Shown here one piece after another: positions 45,115 to 53,600 of a stretch of 64,000 nt of DNA (position 1 is the first letter of the stretch; each line of letters starts with the position of its first letter). Location of the stretch: positions 80,281-144,280 of the forward strand of contig CANOZK010000006.1 in assembly GCA_947571775.1 (NCBI GenBank), in the 5' to 3' direction. The translations under genes were made by a program, and so were the position numbers. A model generated the notes under the pieces. That model saw only the letters and a list, made by a program, of their open reading frames with translations, had not been told where the DNA came from and ran no database searches. Source of the DNA: an uncultured Lachnospiraceae bacterium. Its GTDB lineage: Bacteria > Bacillota > Clostridia > Lachnospirales > Lachnospiraceae.

Positions 45115-45701
45115 GATAAATCCCTCCCTGTCATAGAACGTACTCTCCAAACCCTCATTTCCTGTGCCCACTTCGCGGACGCTTCCTGGTATGCTTGTTT
45201 TCTCTTTGCCTTTGCCTCATCTTCAGCTTTTATCTGGGCTTTGATTCTTGCCCGCACTTCCGGTTTTAAATCGCCGCAGACATAGTGCGTGATCGTGCCG
45301 TCTGGATGGATGACGATGCCAGAAGAATGGATTTCATGTCCCATAGCCGAGAGCTGCGCCTTGCACTGAGGCAGCGTGTCAAAGTAATGCTGTATCTTTC
45401 CCTCGTAATAAGCCGCCTTTCTGGGATCTGCCGCCATCTGCTCTAAAATATTCGGAGCGATGATTACATTACCCGTACCGGCAGTCTCCGCTCCGATGCG
45501 GTCCATGCTTTTTTGGTCCTGTTTTACGCTTTGAATCCTTACATTGCCAAATCTCTGTTTCAGATATTTCTGATATAGTTCCTCCGTTCCTGTTTTTTGC
45601 AATTGTTCCGTAAAACCCGTTTTACCTGCATTTGTGTTCTGTGCTCTGCCAACATATTTATAGACGTCTGTAAAAATCTCGCTTGCATTGAAAACATTCA
45701 T
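45105..45701 (-). CDS. hypothetical protein (198 aa) with a Lys/Ala/Glu-rich C-terminal helix
   Basis: RBS GAGGGGGA. The motif NVIIAPNILEQMAADPRKAAYYEGKIQHYFD looks conserved, but I cannot name a family. Confidence 0.55.
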   Translation of the reverse strand: MNVFNASEIFTDVYKYVGRAQNTNAGKTGFTEQLQKTGTEELYQKYLKQRFGNVRIQSVKQDQKSMDRIGAETAGTGNVIIAPNILEQMAADPRKAAYYEGKIQHYFDTLPQCKAQLSAMGHEIHSSGIVIHPDGTITHYVCGDLKPEVRARIKAQIKAEDEAKAKRKQAYQEASAKWAQEMRVWRVRSMTGRDLSCV

Positions 45702-45861
45702 CCTATTCCCCCTCTAAAAATAATACATTTTTCATCCTCTGCGACGGTTATCTTCAAAATCGATTACCTCAATTATTATATCGGCATAAGCATCCCTTTC
45801 TTTGCTTCGATGGAACAAAAGGGGTATTTTTCGGGAACGAAAGGATTTTTCTGAAAAAAAA

Positions 45862-46743
45862 TCACCCTAAAGTTTTCAGGTTCCTGCGGTATTCTGCCAT
45901 CTTCTCTTCACTTGTCGTATCCAAAACGTCTTGCAGTTCGCCGATAACCGCCTCCCGATCCCTTGGCAGATACGCCGTAACTGGATAAACATTTGAGCTG
46001 GAATTGGCAAACAGATGCGTTCTTATCTGCAGATTCTGGATAAATACCTGCAACTCCTGTAAGCGTTCTTTCTCCCCGGCCGGGGTAAACACTCCCTGCT
46101 GCTCCATACGATATAGTTCTGTGCCGGGGAACAGCGTAAGCGAATCTACTGAAATAAAATATGGCTGAAGCCAACTAAATAATCTCGCACTATTTTTGGC
46201 ATTGCGGTATCCGCCGCCCCTGCCGGCCAGCCCGGTCATATAAACAAAATAATACTCTATCCCCGCTTCCTCCAGCTTCCGGCACTGTTTTACAATATCC
46301 TGCGCCGTGTAGCCCTTACCCGCCAGCGCAAGGGTCGCATCATCCCCGCTCTCCGTTCCAATGCTCAGCCCGTTTACGCCTGCTGCCCGCAGCTTCTTTA
46401 ACTGCCATACTTCCTTGTCCCGAATATCTCGAATGCTGGCAAACATCGCCATTGTCTGACATTGAATCAGATAGTCCCGCACCGTTCGCGCGCGCAGCCT
46501 TAAATTCTCGTAACTCATGGCAAACGGATTTGCCCCTGTCCAGAAAATGCGCCGGGCATAGGGCTGGTAATGCTTAATCTCCGCCAAATCTTCCTCAAAT
46601 TCTTCCATCGGAGACATGCGAAAGCGCTCCCCTTGATAGAGATTGCAGAAACGGCATTTTCTGTAAGTACAGCCGGAAGTGGCCTGTACGATCACGGAGT
46701 GCGCCTCGTAAGGCGGCCTCCATGTCCTTCCTGTAAAATGCAA
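45862..46743 (-). CDS. radical SAM protein (paralogue B)
   Basis: 293 aa. The N-terminus is MHFTGRTWRPPYEAHSVIVQATSGCTYRKCRFCNLY. The Cys cluster is C-x4-C-x2-C. GTESGDD and the partial TIM-barrel pattern fit a radical SAM core. Confidence 0.85.
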   Translation of the reverse strand: MHFTGRTWRPPYEAHSVIVQATSGCTYRKCRFCNLYQGERFRMSPMEEFEEDLAEIKHYQPYARRIFWTGANPFAMSYENLRLRARTVRDYLIQCQTMAMFASIRDIRDKEVWQLKKLRAAGVNGLSIGTESGDDATLALAGKGYTAQDIVKQCRKLEEAGIEYYFVYMTGLAGRGGGYRNAKNSARLFSWLQPYFISVDSLTLFPGTELYRMEQQGVFTPAGEKERLQELQVFIQNLQIRTHLFANSSSNVYPVTAYLPRDREAVIGELQDVLDTTSEEKMAEYRRNLKTLG

Positions 46744-46757
46744 AAAAATTCCCTCCT

Positions 46758-47657
46758 TTACAGATGATGAACGCTCTCGCGGTAACGCCGCAGCTTATCC
46801 TCGCCGACGTTTTCAATTACATCGTTTAGCAAAGCCAGCAGTTTCCCCTTGTCCTTTGGCAGAGTCCCCTGCATCTGAAAGGCATTGGACGCTCCAAGGG
46901 CCGCAAAAACCGTAGGAATTTTCAGATTTTCTACCAGAGTCCGCACTTCCCGGTACTTCTCCGTCTCGCTTTCCTCTTCCCAGTTTCCCTGCTGGATCTC
47001 CGCATACAGTCTGGAATCCGGGTAAATCGTCAGCATATTTGCCCCCACCACGGTGGGATGAAGCTGATTGCACACGGCTGCGGTAGCCCTGGCGCCGGCC
47101 TCCCCGCGGCCCGCGCCGGAAATACCCGTCAGATAAAAGAAGCTGTAATGGATGCCGGCCTTATCCAGCCGCCTGCATTGTTCCAATATATCGTCCGCCC
47201 GATAACCCTTGTCCATAAAACGCAGCGCTTCTTCATCCGCCGTCTCTATGCCGATGGTCAGCCCGTCGTATCCGGCTCGGTGCAAGGCGGCCAGTTCTTC
47301 ATCCGATTTTAGAGAAACGTCCGTCACCCTTGCAAAGCTGCCAATCGTCTCCATATCTGGAAAATACCGATGAATCAACTCCGAAATCTTTATCAGCTTT
47401 TCAAACTTCAATACAAAAGGATTTGCTCCAGTCAGAAACGTCCGCGATACATCTGGATTCATCAACTGGCGGTACATGGCCTGCGCCTCCTTTAAATCCG
47501 CTTCTACATCCTCCAACGGGGACATCCGAAACCCAAACGGCAGGTCTGCATAGAGTGTGCAAAATTTGCATTTATGGTGCGTGCAGCCTGCGGTGACTTC
47601 CAAAAGCAGTGAGGACGCCTCATAGGGCGGCCTCCATATAGTTCCTGTGTAATGCAT
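46758..47657 (-). CDS. radical SAM protein (paralogue A)
   Basis: 299 aa. The N-terminus is MHYTGTIWRPPYEASSLLLEVTAGCTHHKCKFCTLY, again with C-x4-C-x2-C. It lies 14 nt upstream of paralogue B. Confidence 0.85.
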   Translation of the reverse strand: MHYTGTIWRPPYEASSLLLEVTAGCTHHKCKFCTLYADLPFGFRMSPLEDVEADLKEAQAMYRQLMNPDVSRTFLTGANPFVLKFEKLIKISELIHRYFPDMETIGSFARVTDVSLKSDEELAALHRAGYDGLTIGIETADEEALRFMDKGYRADDILEQCRRLDKAGIHYSFFYLTGISGAGRGEAGARATAAVCNQLHPTVVGANMLTIYPDSRLYAEIQQGNWEEESETEKYREVRTLVENLKIPTVFAALGASNAFQMQGTLPKDKGKLLALLNDVIENVGEDKLRRYRESVHHL

Positions 47658-47813
47658 GATTCATTCCTCCTCATTTCATTTGCTGAAACTAAAATACCTC
47701 CATCCTTTTACAGAATCAAGTACGGTCTTTTTCTGGCAATAGTTCTATTTTTGATAGTATCTTGATTTTTGTCCTGTGCTGAAATATACTGATACGAAAA
47801 GAGGTAAAAAGAA

Positions 47814-48188
47814 ATGGCTAAGAATAAATTTCACGATAAAGATGTGATCGCTCGCTGCGTCCCCATGAGCAGGTTGCAGTCCATCATCGGCGGTAAATGG
47901 AAAATCCTGATTTTATGGTATATCTCCTTTTACAAAGTCCAGCGGTTTGGAGAACTGCTGCGCCGTCTGGACGGAATCACCCAGTCCACGCTGACCAAAC
48001 AACTGCGGGAGTTAGAAGACGACGGATTCCTTCACAGAGAGATTTATAAGGAAATCCCTCCAAAGGTGGAGTATTCCCTGACCAAGCTGGGAGAGAGCTT
48101 TCTCCCAGTCTTGCAGACCATGATGGCATGGAGCGAAACCCATCTCTGCCCGGATTATGAAAATCCCTATAAACATGTTCAAAAATGA
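47814..48188 (+). CDS. HxlR-family transcriptional regulator
   Basis: 124 aa. The motif GGKWKILILWYI...RFGELLR.L.GITQSTLTKQLRELEDDGFLHREIY.E.PPKVEYSLT is the HxlR winged helix. It is divergent from the radical-SAM pair. Confidence 0.88.
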   Translation: MAKNKFHDKDVIARCVPMSRLQSIIGGKWKILILWYISFYKVQRFGELLRRLDGITQSTLTKQLRELEDDGFLHREIYKEIPPKVEYSLTKLGESFLPVLQTMMAWSETHLCPDYENPYKHVQK

Positions 48189-48272
48189 ACCAGTTTCGAG
48201 ATAAGTCAATGCCTCACTGTAAGCAGGGCAGCAAAATAGCGGCGTCAGGCTTTGACCCTGGCACCGCTTATG

Positions 48273-48788
48273 TTATTGATTTTGCTCCGTTTTATTGCCT
48301 GGGAGTAATTCCCCAGCTTGTTTCAATGCCATCTCTTCCACAATAGCACTGACATAAAAGCCATTCTGCTGCATTTCAGACAAAAGCGGGCGGATCTCAT
48401 GTATAAGCCCCTGACGTTTTGCTTTTAAAAGCACCCCCAATGTTCCAGTGACTGAAAAACCCAGGTATTTAGCGGTTTTCTTCGCTGCATTATCATCCAA
48501 AATGAGCAAATCCGCCCCTTTTTCCTGCGAAAGTATCATAACTTCAACTTCACCGTCATGCAACTTTGCCTTGTACATCTTCTTTTCTGAATGGTCTCGA
48601 ATTCCTTCTACATGGATCCATTCCCTGGATGCTTTTATCTGAATACAGGCAGTATCCTCTTTCACTGTTACCTCTCGATACACAGCTTCTGGAATGAAAA
48701 TCTCCTGATACAGTTCCCGCAAAATAGAAAGCCGCCCAATTCCGCATAGTACAATGAGCGGTGTGGAATTGACAATTACTTTACGCAT
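48273..48788 (-). CDS. DUF3368 / PIN-like nucleic-acid-binding protein (putative toxin)
   Basis: The start is moved to ATG 48788 (MRKVIVNSTPLIVLCGIGRLSILRELYQEIFIPEAVYREV). It has HDGEVEVM and LILDDNAAKK acidic motifs. There is an 8-nt overlap with the upstream small gene. Confidence 0.8.
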   Translation of the reverse strand: MRKVIVNSTPLIVLCGIGRLSILRELYQEIFIPEAVYREVTVKEDTACIQIKASREWIHVEGIRDHSEKKMYKAKLHDGEVEVMILSQEKGADLLILDDNAAKKTAKYLGFSVTGTLGVLLKAKRQGLIHEIRPLLSEMQQNGFYVSAIVEEMALKQAGELLPGNKTEQNQ

Positions 48789-49035
48789 TGCCCAGTTCCT
48801 CCAAAAATTCTTCCTCGTTGTCAAAATGAAAGATCGAGATACCATTCTGCCCCAGATATCTGATAAAATCGCCCTCGGTCATTCCTGCAATCTGGGCGCA
48901 GTACCCAACAGACACGCCTCTTTGAGTATAATATCCAAGCGCCGCTGTACACCTTACAAAACGCCCAGCTTCTTCTTGGCTCATTTTCGTATCAAAAAGA
49001 ACTTCTTCTGGTATACTAACTGTTATCTGGCACAT
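48781..49035 (-). CDS. UPF0175-family small protein (putative antitoxin)
   Basis: The start is moved to ATG 49035 (MCQITVSIPEEVLFD...), with GGAGGA 6 nt upstream. It is 84 aa and has the AALGYY....S.G..A.IAGM....F pattern of UPF0175. Confidence 0.75.
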   Translation of the reverse strand: MCQITVSIPEEVLFDTKMSQEEAGRFVRCTAALGYYTQRGVSVGYCAQIAGMTEGDFIRYLGQNGISIFHFDNEEEFLEELGNA

Positions 49036-49146
49036 AATCATTCCTCCTGCCATATTCACATACTGCAACCTCTTTGCTGGTTACAGTTTATCACAAAACC
49101 TTCCCATTGACCACTGACAACAGATTTTTTCTTCTATCATCTATAT

Positions 49147-50640
49147 TCACTGCACAGACAAGTTTGTATAACCCATCAGACTCTCATCCACAGCTCTGGC
49201 TGCTTCCCGGCCTTCCCGGATCGCCCAGACTACAAGGGACTGCCCCCGATGCATATCTCCGGCCGCAAAGACTTTCGATATGGTAGTCTCGTATTTCCCA
49301 GGTTCCGTGGCTACGTTGGTGCGCCCGTCCAGCTCGACTCGGAAGGCTTTTGCCACATAATCCTGTGCCCCCAGAAAGCCTGCGGCAATTAGGACAACAT
49401 CTGCATCTATGGTTTGCTCTGTCCCTTTTACGGGAAGCATATTGATCCGTCCGGTGTCTGCATCGGTTTTTGGTTCTAGCTTCACCGTTTTGACCTGACA
49501 CAGCTCACCGTTTTTGTTTTTGACAAATTCTGTGACCGTGGTCTGATAAACCCTGGGATCCTTCCCAAATGCGGCGATGGCCTCCTCCTGACCGTAATCG
49601 GTCTTGCAGACTTTTGGCCACTGGGGCCAGGGGTTATTTTTTTCTCTGCTGTCTGGCGCTTTCGGCATCATCTCAAGCTGAAAGACACTTTTGGCCCCTA
49701 GGCGGATAGCTGTCCCCACACAGTCGTTTCCGGTATCGCCGCCGCCGATGACCACCACATGCTTTCCCTTTATCGGAATCACCTTCTGATCCTGGAAATT
49801 GGAATCCAGCAGACTTTTGGTCACGGTTTTCAGAAAATCCACGGCAAAGAAAATGCCCTTGGCATCCCTTCCGGGGATTTTCAGATCGCGGGGATTTGAC
49901 GCGCCGCAGGCCAGAATCACCCGGTCAAATTCTTTTAACAAAGCGGCTGCCTTATGGGTCTTTCCCACGTCCGCATTGGTGACAAACCGGACGCCTTCCT
50001 CCTCCATGACCTGTACTTTCCTATCAATGATCTGCTTTTCCAGCTTCATATTGGGGATTCCGTAGCGGAGCAGCCCTCCGATCCGGTCGTCCCGCTCAAA
50101 CACCGTGACCTCGTGCCCCCGCTTGTTGAGCTGGTCTGCCGCCGCCAGCCCGGAGGGGCCGCTGCCCACAATGGCTACTTTTTTTCCAGTGCGCACCTTT
50201 GGGGGATGGGGGGCCGCATAGCCCCGCTCATAGGCCGTCTCCATGACGGCATACTCGTTTTCCCTGGTGGACACCGGATCGCCGTTTAAGCCGCAGATGC
50301 AGGCCGCTTCACATAAGGCCGGGCAGACCCTTGCGGTAAATTCAGGAAAGTTGTTGGTCTTTTTCAGACGCTGGTATGCCTGCTCCCAGTTTCCATGATA
50401 CACGGCGTCGTTCCATTCCGGTATCAAATTGTGCAAGGGGCAGCCCGAAGTCATCCCCCCGATCGTCATTCCCGACTGGCAAAAAGGAACGCCGCACGAC
50501 ATACATCTAGCGCCCTGAAGCTGCTGTTCCTCCAGAGGGAGATGGGCATGGAATTCACGAAAATGCTGAATCCTTGTTTTCGGCTCTTCTGATACGCTGA
50601 CTTCCCGTTTGTAATCTAAAAATCCCGTTGGTTTTCCCAC
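49147..50640 (-). CDS. gltD: glutamate synthase (NADPH) small subunit
   Basis: 497 aa with the N-terminal Fe-S Cys motifs (CMSCGVPFC, C.ALCEAAC) and two Rossmann GxGxxG motifs (VAIVGSGPSGLAAA, VVVIGGGDTGNDC). Confidence 0.93.
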   Translation of the reverse strand: MGKPTGFLDYKREVSVSEEPKTRIQHFREFHAHLPLEEQQLQGARCMSCGVPFCQSGMTIGGMTSGCPLHNLIPEWNDAVYHGNWEQAYQRLKKTNNFPEFTARVCPALCEAACICGLNGDPVSTRENEYAVMETAYERGYAAPHPPKVRTGKKVAIVGSGPSGLAAADQLNKRGHEVTVFERDDRIGGLLRYGIPNMKLEKQIIDRKVQVMEEEGVRFVTNADVGKTHKAAALLKEFDRVILACGASNPRDLKIPGRDAKGIFFAVDFLKTVTKSLLDSNFQDQKVIPIKGKHVVVIGGGDTGNDCVGTAIRLGAKSVFQLEMMPKAPDSREKNNPWPQWPKVCKTDYGQEEAIAAFGKDPRVYQTTVTEFVKNKNGELCQVKTVKLEPKTDADTGRINMLPVKGTEQTIDADVVLIAAGFLGAQDYVAKAFRVELDGRTNVATEPGKYETTISKVFAAGDMHRGQSLVVWAIREGREAARAVDESLMGYTNLSVQ

Positions 50641-50643
50641 TTT

Positions 50644-53600
50644 TTATCCCTCCTCGTCCTGCTTATTCGCATAAAATGCCTCGATTTGCGCCTGCTGGGA
50701 GCTTAACCCCTTTTCTTCCATTTTCACAATGGCGGACAACATCCGGTTATAATCATTCGGAATGATCTTCTTAAACTTGGGCAGATATTCCTCAAAGTGA
50801 TCCAGCATCTGTTTTCCCTTGATTGAATTGGTGTAGGCCACATGATCCTGTATCATGGTTTTCAGTTCCTGCACATCGTATTTGGACGTTACCTTTTCGA
50901 TGGAAACCATGTCCTTGTTGGTCTTGGTGTAGAGATTGTTCTCTTCGTCCAGTACATAGGCAATCCCGCCGCTCATGCCTGCGGCAAAGTTTTTGCCCAC
51001 AGTTCCCAGGATTACCACGCGTCCCCCGGTCATATATTCACAGCCATGGTCGCCGACGCCTTCCACCACAGAACTCGCCCCGGAGTTGCGCACGCAAAAC
51101 CGCTCTCCCGCCACGCCGTTGATATAGGCTTTTCCGCTGGTCGCCCCGTACAAGGCCACATTTCCCACAATGATATTCTCATCCTGGCGGAATCTGCTGC
51201 CTCTGGGCGGATACACCACCAGCTTGCCCCCGGAAAGTCCTTTTCCAAAATAATCGTTGCTGTCGCCCACCAGCTCCAGCGTCAGCCCCTTGGGGATAAA
51301 CGCCCCGAAACTCTGTCCGCCAGAGCCATGGCATTTCACGGTATAGGTATCTTCCTCTAAAGTGTCGCCGTAACGCTTTGTAATCTCAGATCCGAACATG
51401 GTTCCGAATGTCCGATCGGTGTTGCCCACATCCAGTTCTACGCTGCGCTTTTGCCCGCTTTCCAGCGCGTCTTGGAACTTTTTCATCAAAACTGTCCGAT
51501 CGGCTTTTTGATCCAGCTCGAAATCATAGACCTGTTTGGGGTCAAAAACGACCTTCTGCTTCGTTGCCGCATACGGATTGGACAGAATATTGGACAAATC
51601 TACTTTCTGGGCTTTCCGTGCCTGAATATCCGTTCTGGCGCAGAGAAGATCCGTTCTGCCCACCAGCTCATCCACCGTGCGCACGCCCAGTTTTGCCATA
51701 TATTCCCGCAGTTCTTGTGCGATAAAGCGCATAAAATTGACGACGTATTCCGGTTTTCCGCGGAAGCGTTTGCGCAATTCTGGATTCTGCGTGGCCACGC
51801 CCACCGGACAGGTATCCAGATTGCAGACACGCATCATCACACAGCCCATCGTGATCAGGGGAGCCGTCGCAAAGCCAAATTCTTCGGCGCCTAACATGGC
51901 GGCGATGGCCACATGCTTGCCGGTCATCAGCTTGCCGTCTGTCTCAATGCGCACTTTGCCCCGCAGTCCGTTTAAGATTAACGTCTGATGCGTTTCGGAA
52001 AGACCCAGCTCCCAGGGAAGCCCTGCGTTGTAAATAGAACTTCCCGGTGCAGCTCCCGTGCCTCCGTCATAGCCGGAAATCAGGATCACCTGCGCTCCAG
52101 CTTTCGCCACGCCGGCCGCTACTGTGCCCACGCCGGCCTCTGCCACCAGTTTTACCGAGATCAACGCATTGGGATTGGCGTTTTTCAGGTCATAAATCAA
52201 CTGCGCCAAATCCTCGATAGAGTAAATATCGTGATGCGGCGGCGGTGAAATCAAGCTGACGCCCGGTGTGGAATGGCGGGTGGTCGCAATCCAAGGATAT
52301 ACTTTCCCGCCCGGCAGATGGCCGCCTTCCCCTGGTTTTGCTCCTTGGGCCATTTTGATCTGGATCTCCTGGGCGCTGACCAGATACCGGGAAGTTACGC
52401 CGAACCGCCCGGACGCCACCTGCTTGATGGCAGAACAACGATTCTGACCGTCTGGGCCGACGGTCAGTCTGTCGAGACTTTCGCCGCCTTCTCCGGTGTT
52501 GGACTTGCCGTGAATCCGGTTCATAGCGATAGCCAGCGTCTCGTGGGCCTCCTGAGAAATAGAGCCGTAGGACATCGCCCCGGTCTTAAACCGCGTCACA
52601 ATGGAGTCCACACTCTCCACCTCTTCCAATGGAACCCCCTGCTTGGGGTATTTCAACTCCATCAGATCCCGCAGCAGCCCGGGCTTTTCCTCCGCTTCCA
52701 AAAGTTTTGTATATTCCTTGAACATGGCATAATCGCCCTGTTTTGTGGATTCTTGGAGCAGATGAATGGTCTGGGGATTGTACAGATGCCGCTCCCCGCC
52801 GCTTCTCATCTTATGACGACCCAGGCTGTCCAGCGACAAATCCGTTTCCAGCCCCAGGAAATCGAAGGCCTCGGAGTGGAGCTGATCCGCTTCTCTTCCG
52901 ATATCTTCCATAGTAATGCCGCCGATCCGGCTGACGGTATTGGTAAAATATTTGTCGATGACTTCTTTTGCAATTCCTACCGCCTCAAAAATCTGGGAGC
53001 CATGGTAGGACTGTATCGTGGAAATGCCCATCTTGGAGGCGATTTTTACAATTCCATGCAGGATTGCGTTGTTGTAATCCTCCACCGCCGCATAGTAATC
53101 TTTGTCCAGGATGCCGGTGTCAATCAGCTCATGAATCGTATCTTGAGCCAGATATGGATTGATGGCGCAAGCCCCATATCCCAACAATGTAGCAAAATGA
53201 TGCACCTCCCGCGGCTCCCCGGACTCCAGAATAATCGCCAGGGACGTCCGTTTCTTTGTTTTTACCAGATGCTGATGCACCGCCGAGACGGCCAGCAGCG
53301 AGGGAATGGCCACATGATTTTCGTCCACGCCCCGGTCTGAGAGGATAATCACCTTGGCACCGTCCCTATGCGCCCGATCCACCTCCACAAACAAACGCTC
53401 GATGGCTTTTTCCAAGCTGGTATTCTTGTAAAACAGAATGGGAATGGTTTCGATTTTAAATTCCCTGCGCTTCATATTTTTGATTTTCAGCAAATCCGTG
53501 TTGGTGAGGATTGGATTTTCCACCTTCAGCACCGTGCAGTTCTCCGGCTTTTCTTCCAGAAGGTTTCCATCCTCTCCCACATATACCGTAGTCGAGGTCA

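Noticed and set aside
45105-45171. The possibility that the 198-aa and 192-aa ORFs are one frameshifted gene
   Set aside because: The downstream ORF has a strong GGGAGGGA RBS at the correct distance from ATG 45114, and overlaps of this kind are common in coupled genes. I cannot exclude a fusion without homologues.
52273-53340. A 355-aa plus-strand ORF inside gltB, along with many similar antisense ORFs in gltB, spoIVB (62583-63278), the 1180-aa gene and others
   Set aside because: They lie entirely within well-supported minus-strand genes, lack RBSs and have no recognisable motifs. They are typical shadow ORFs.
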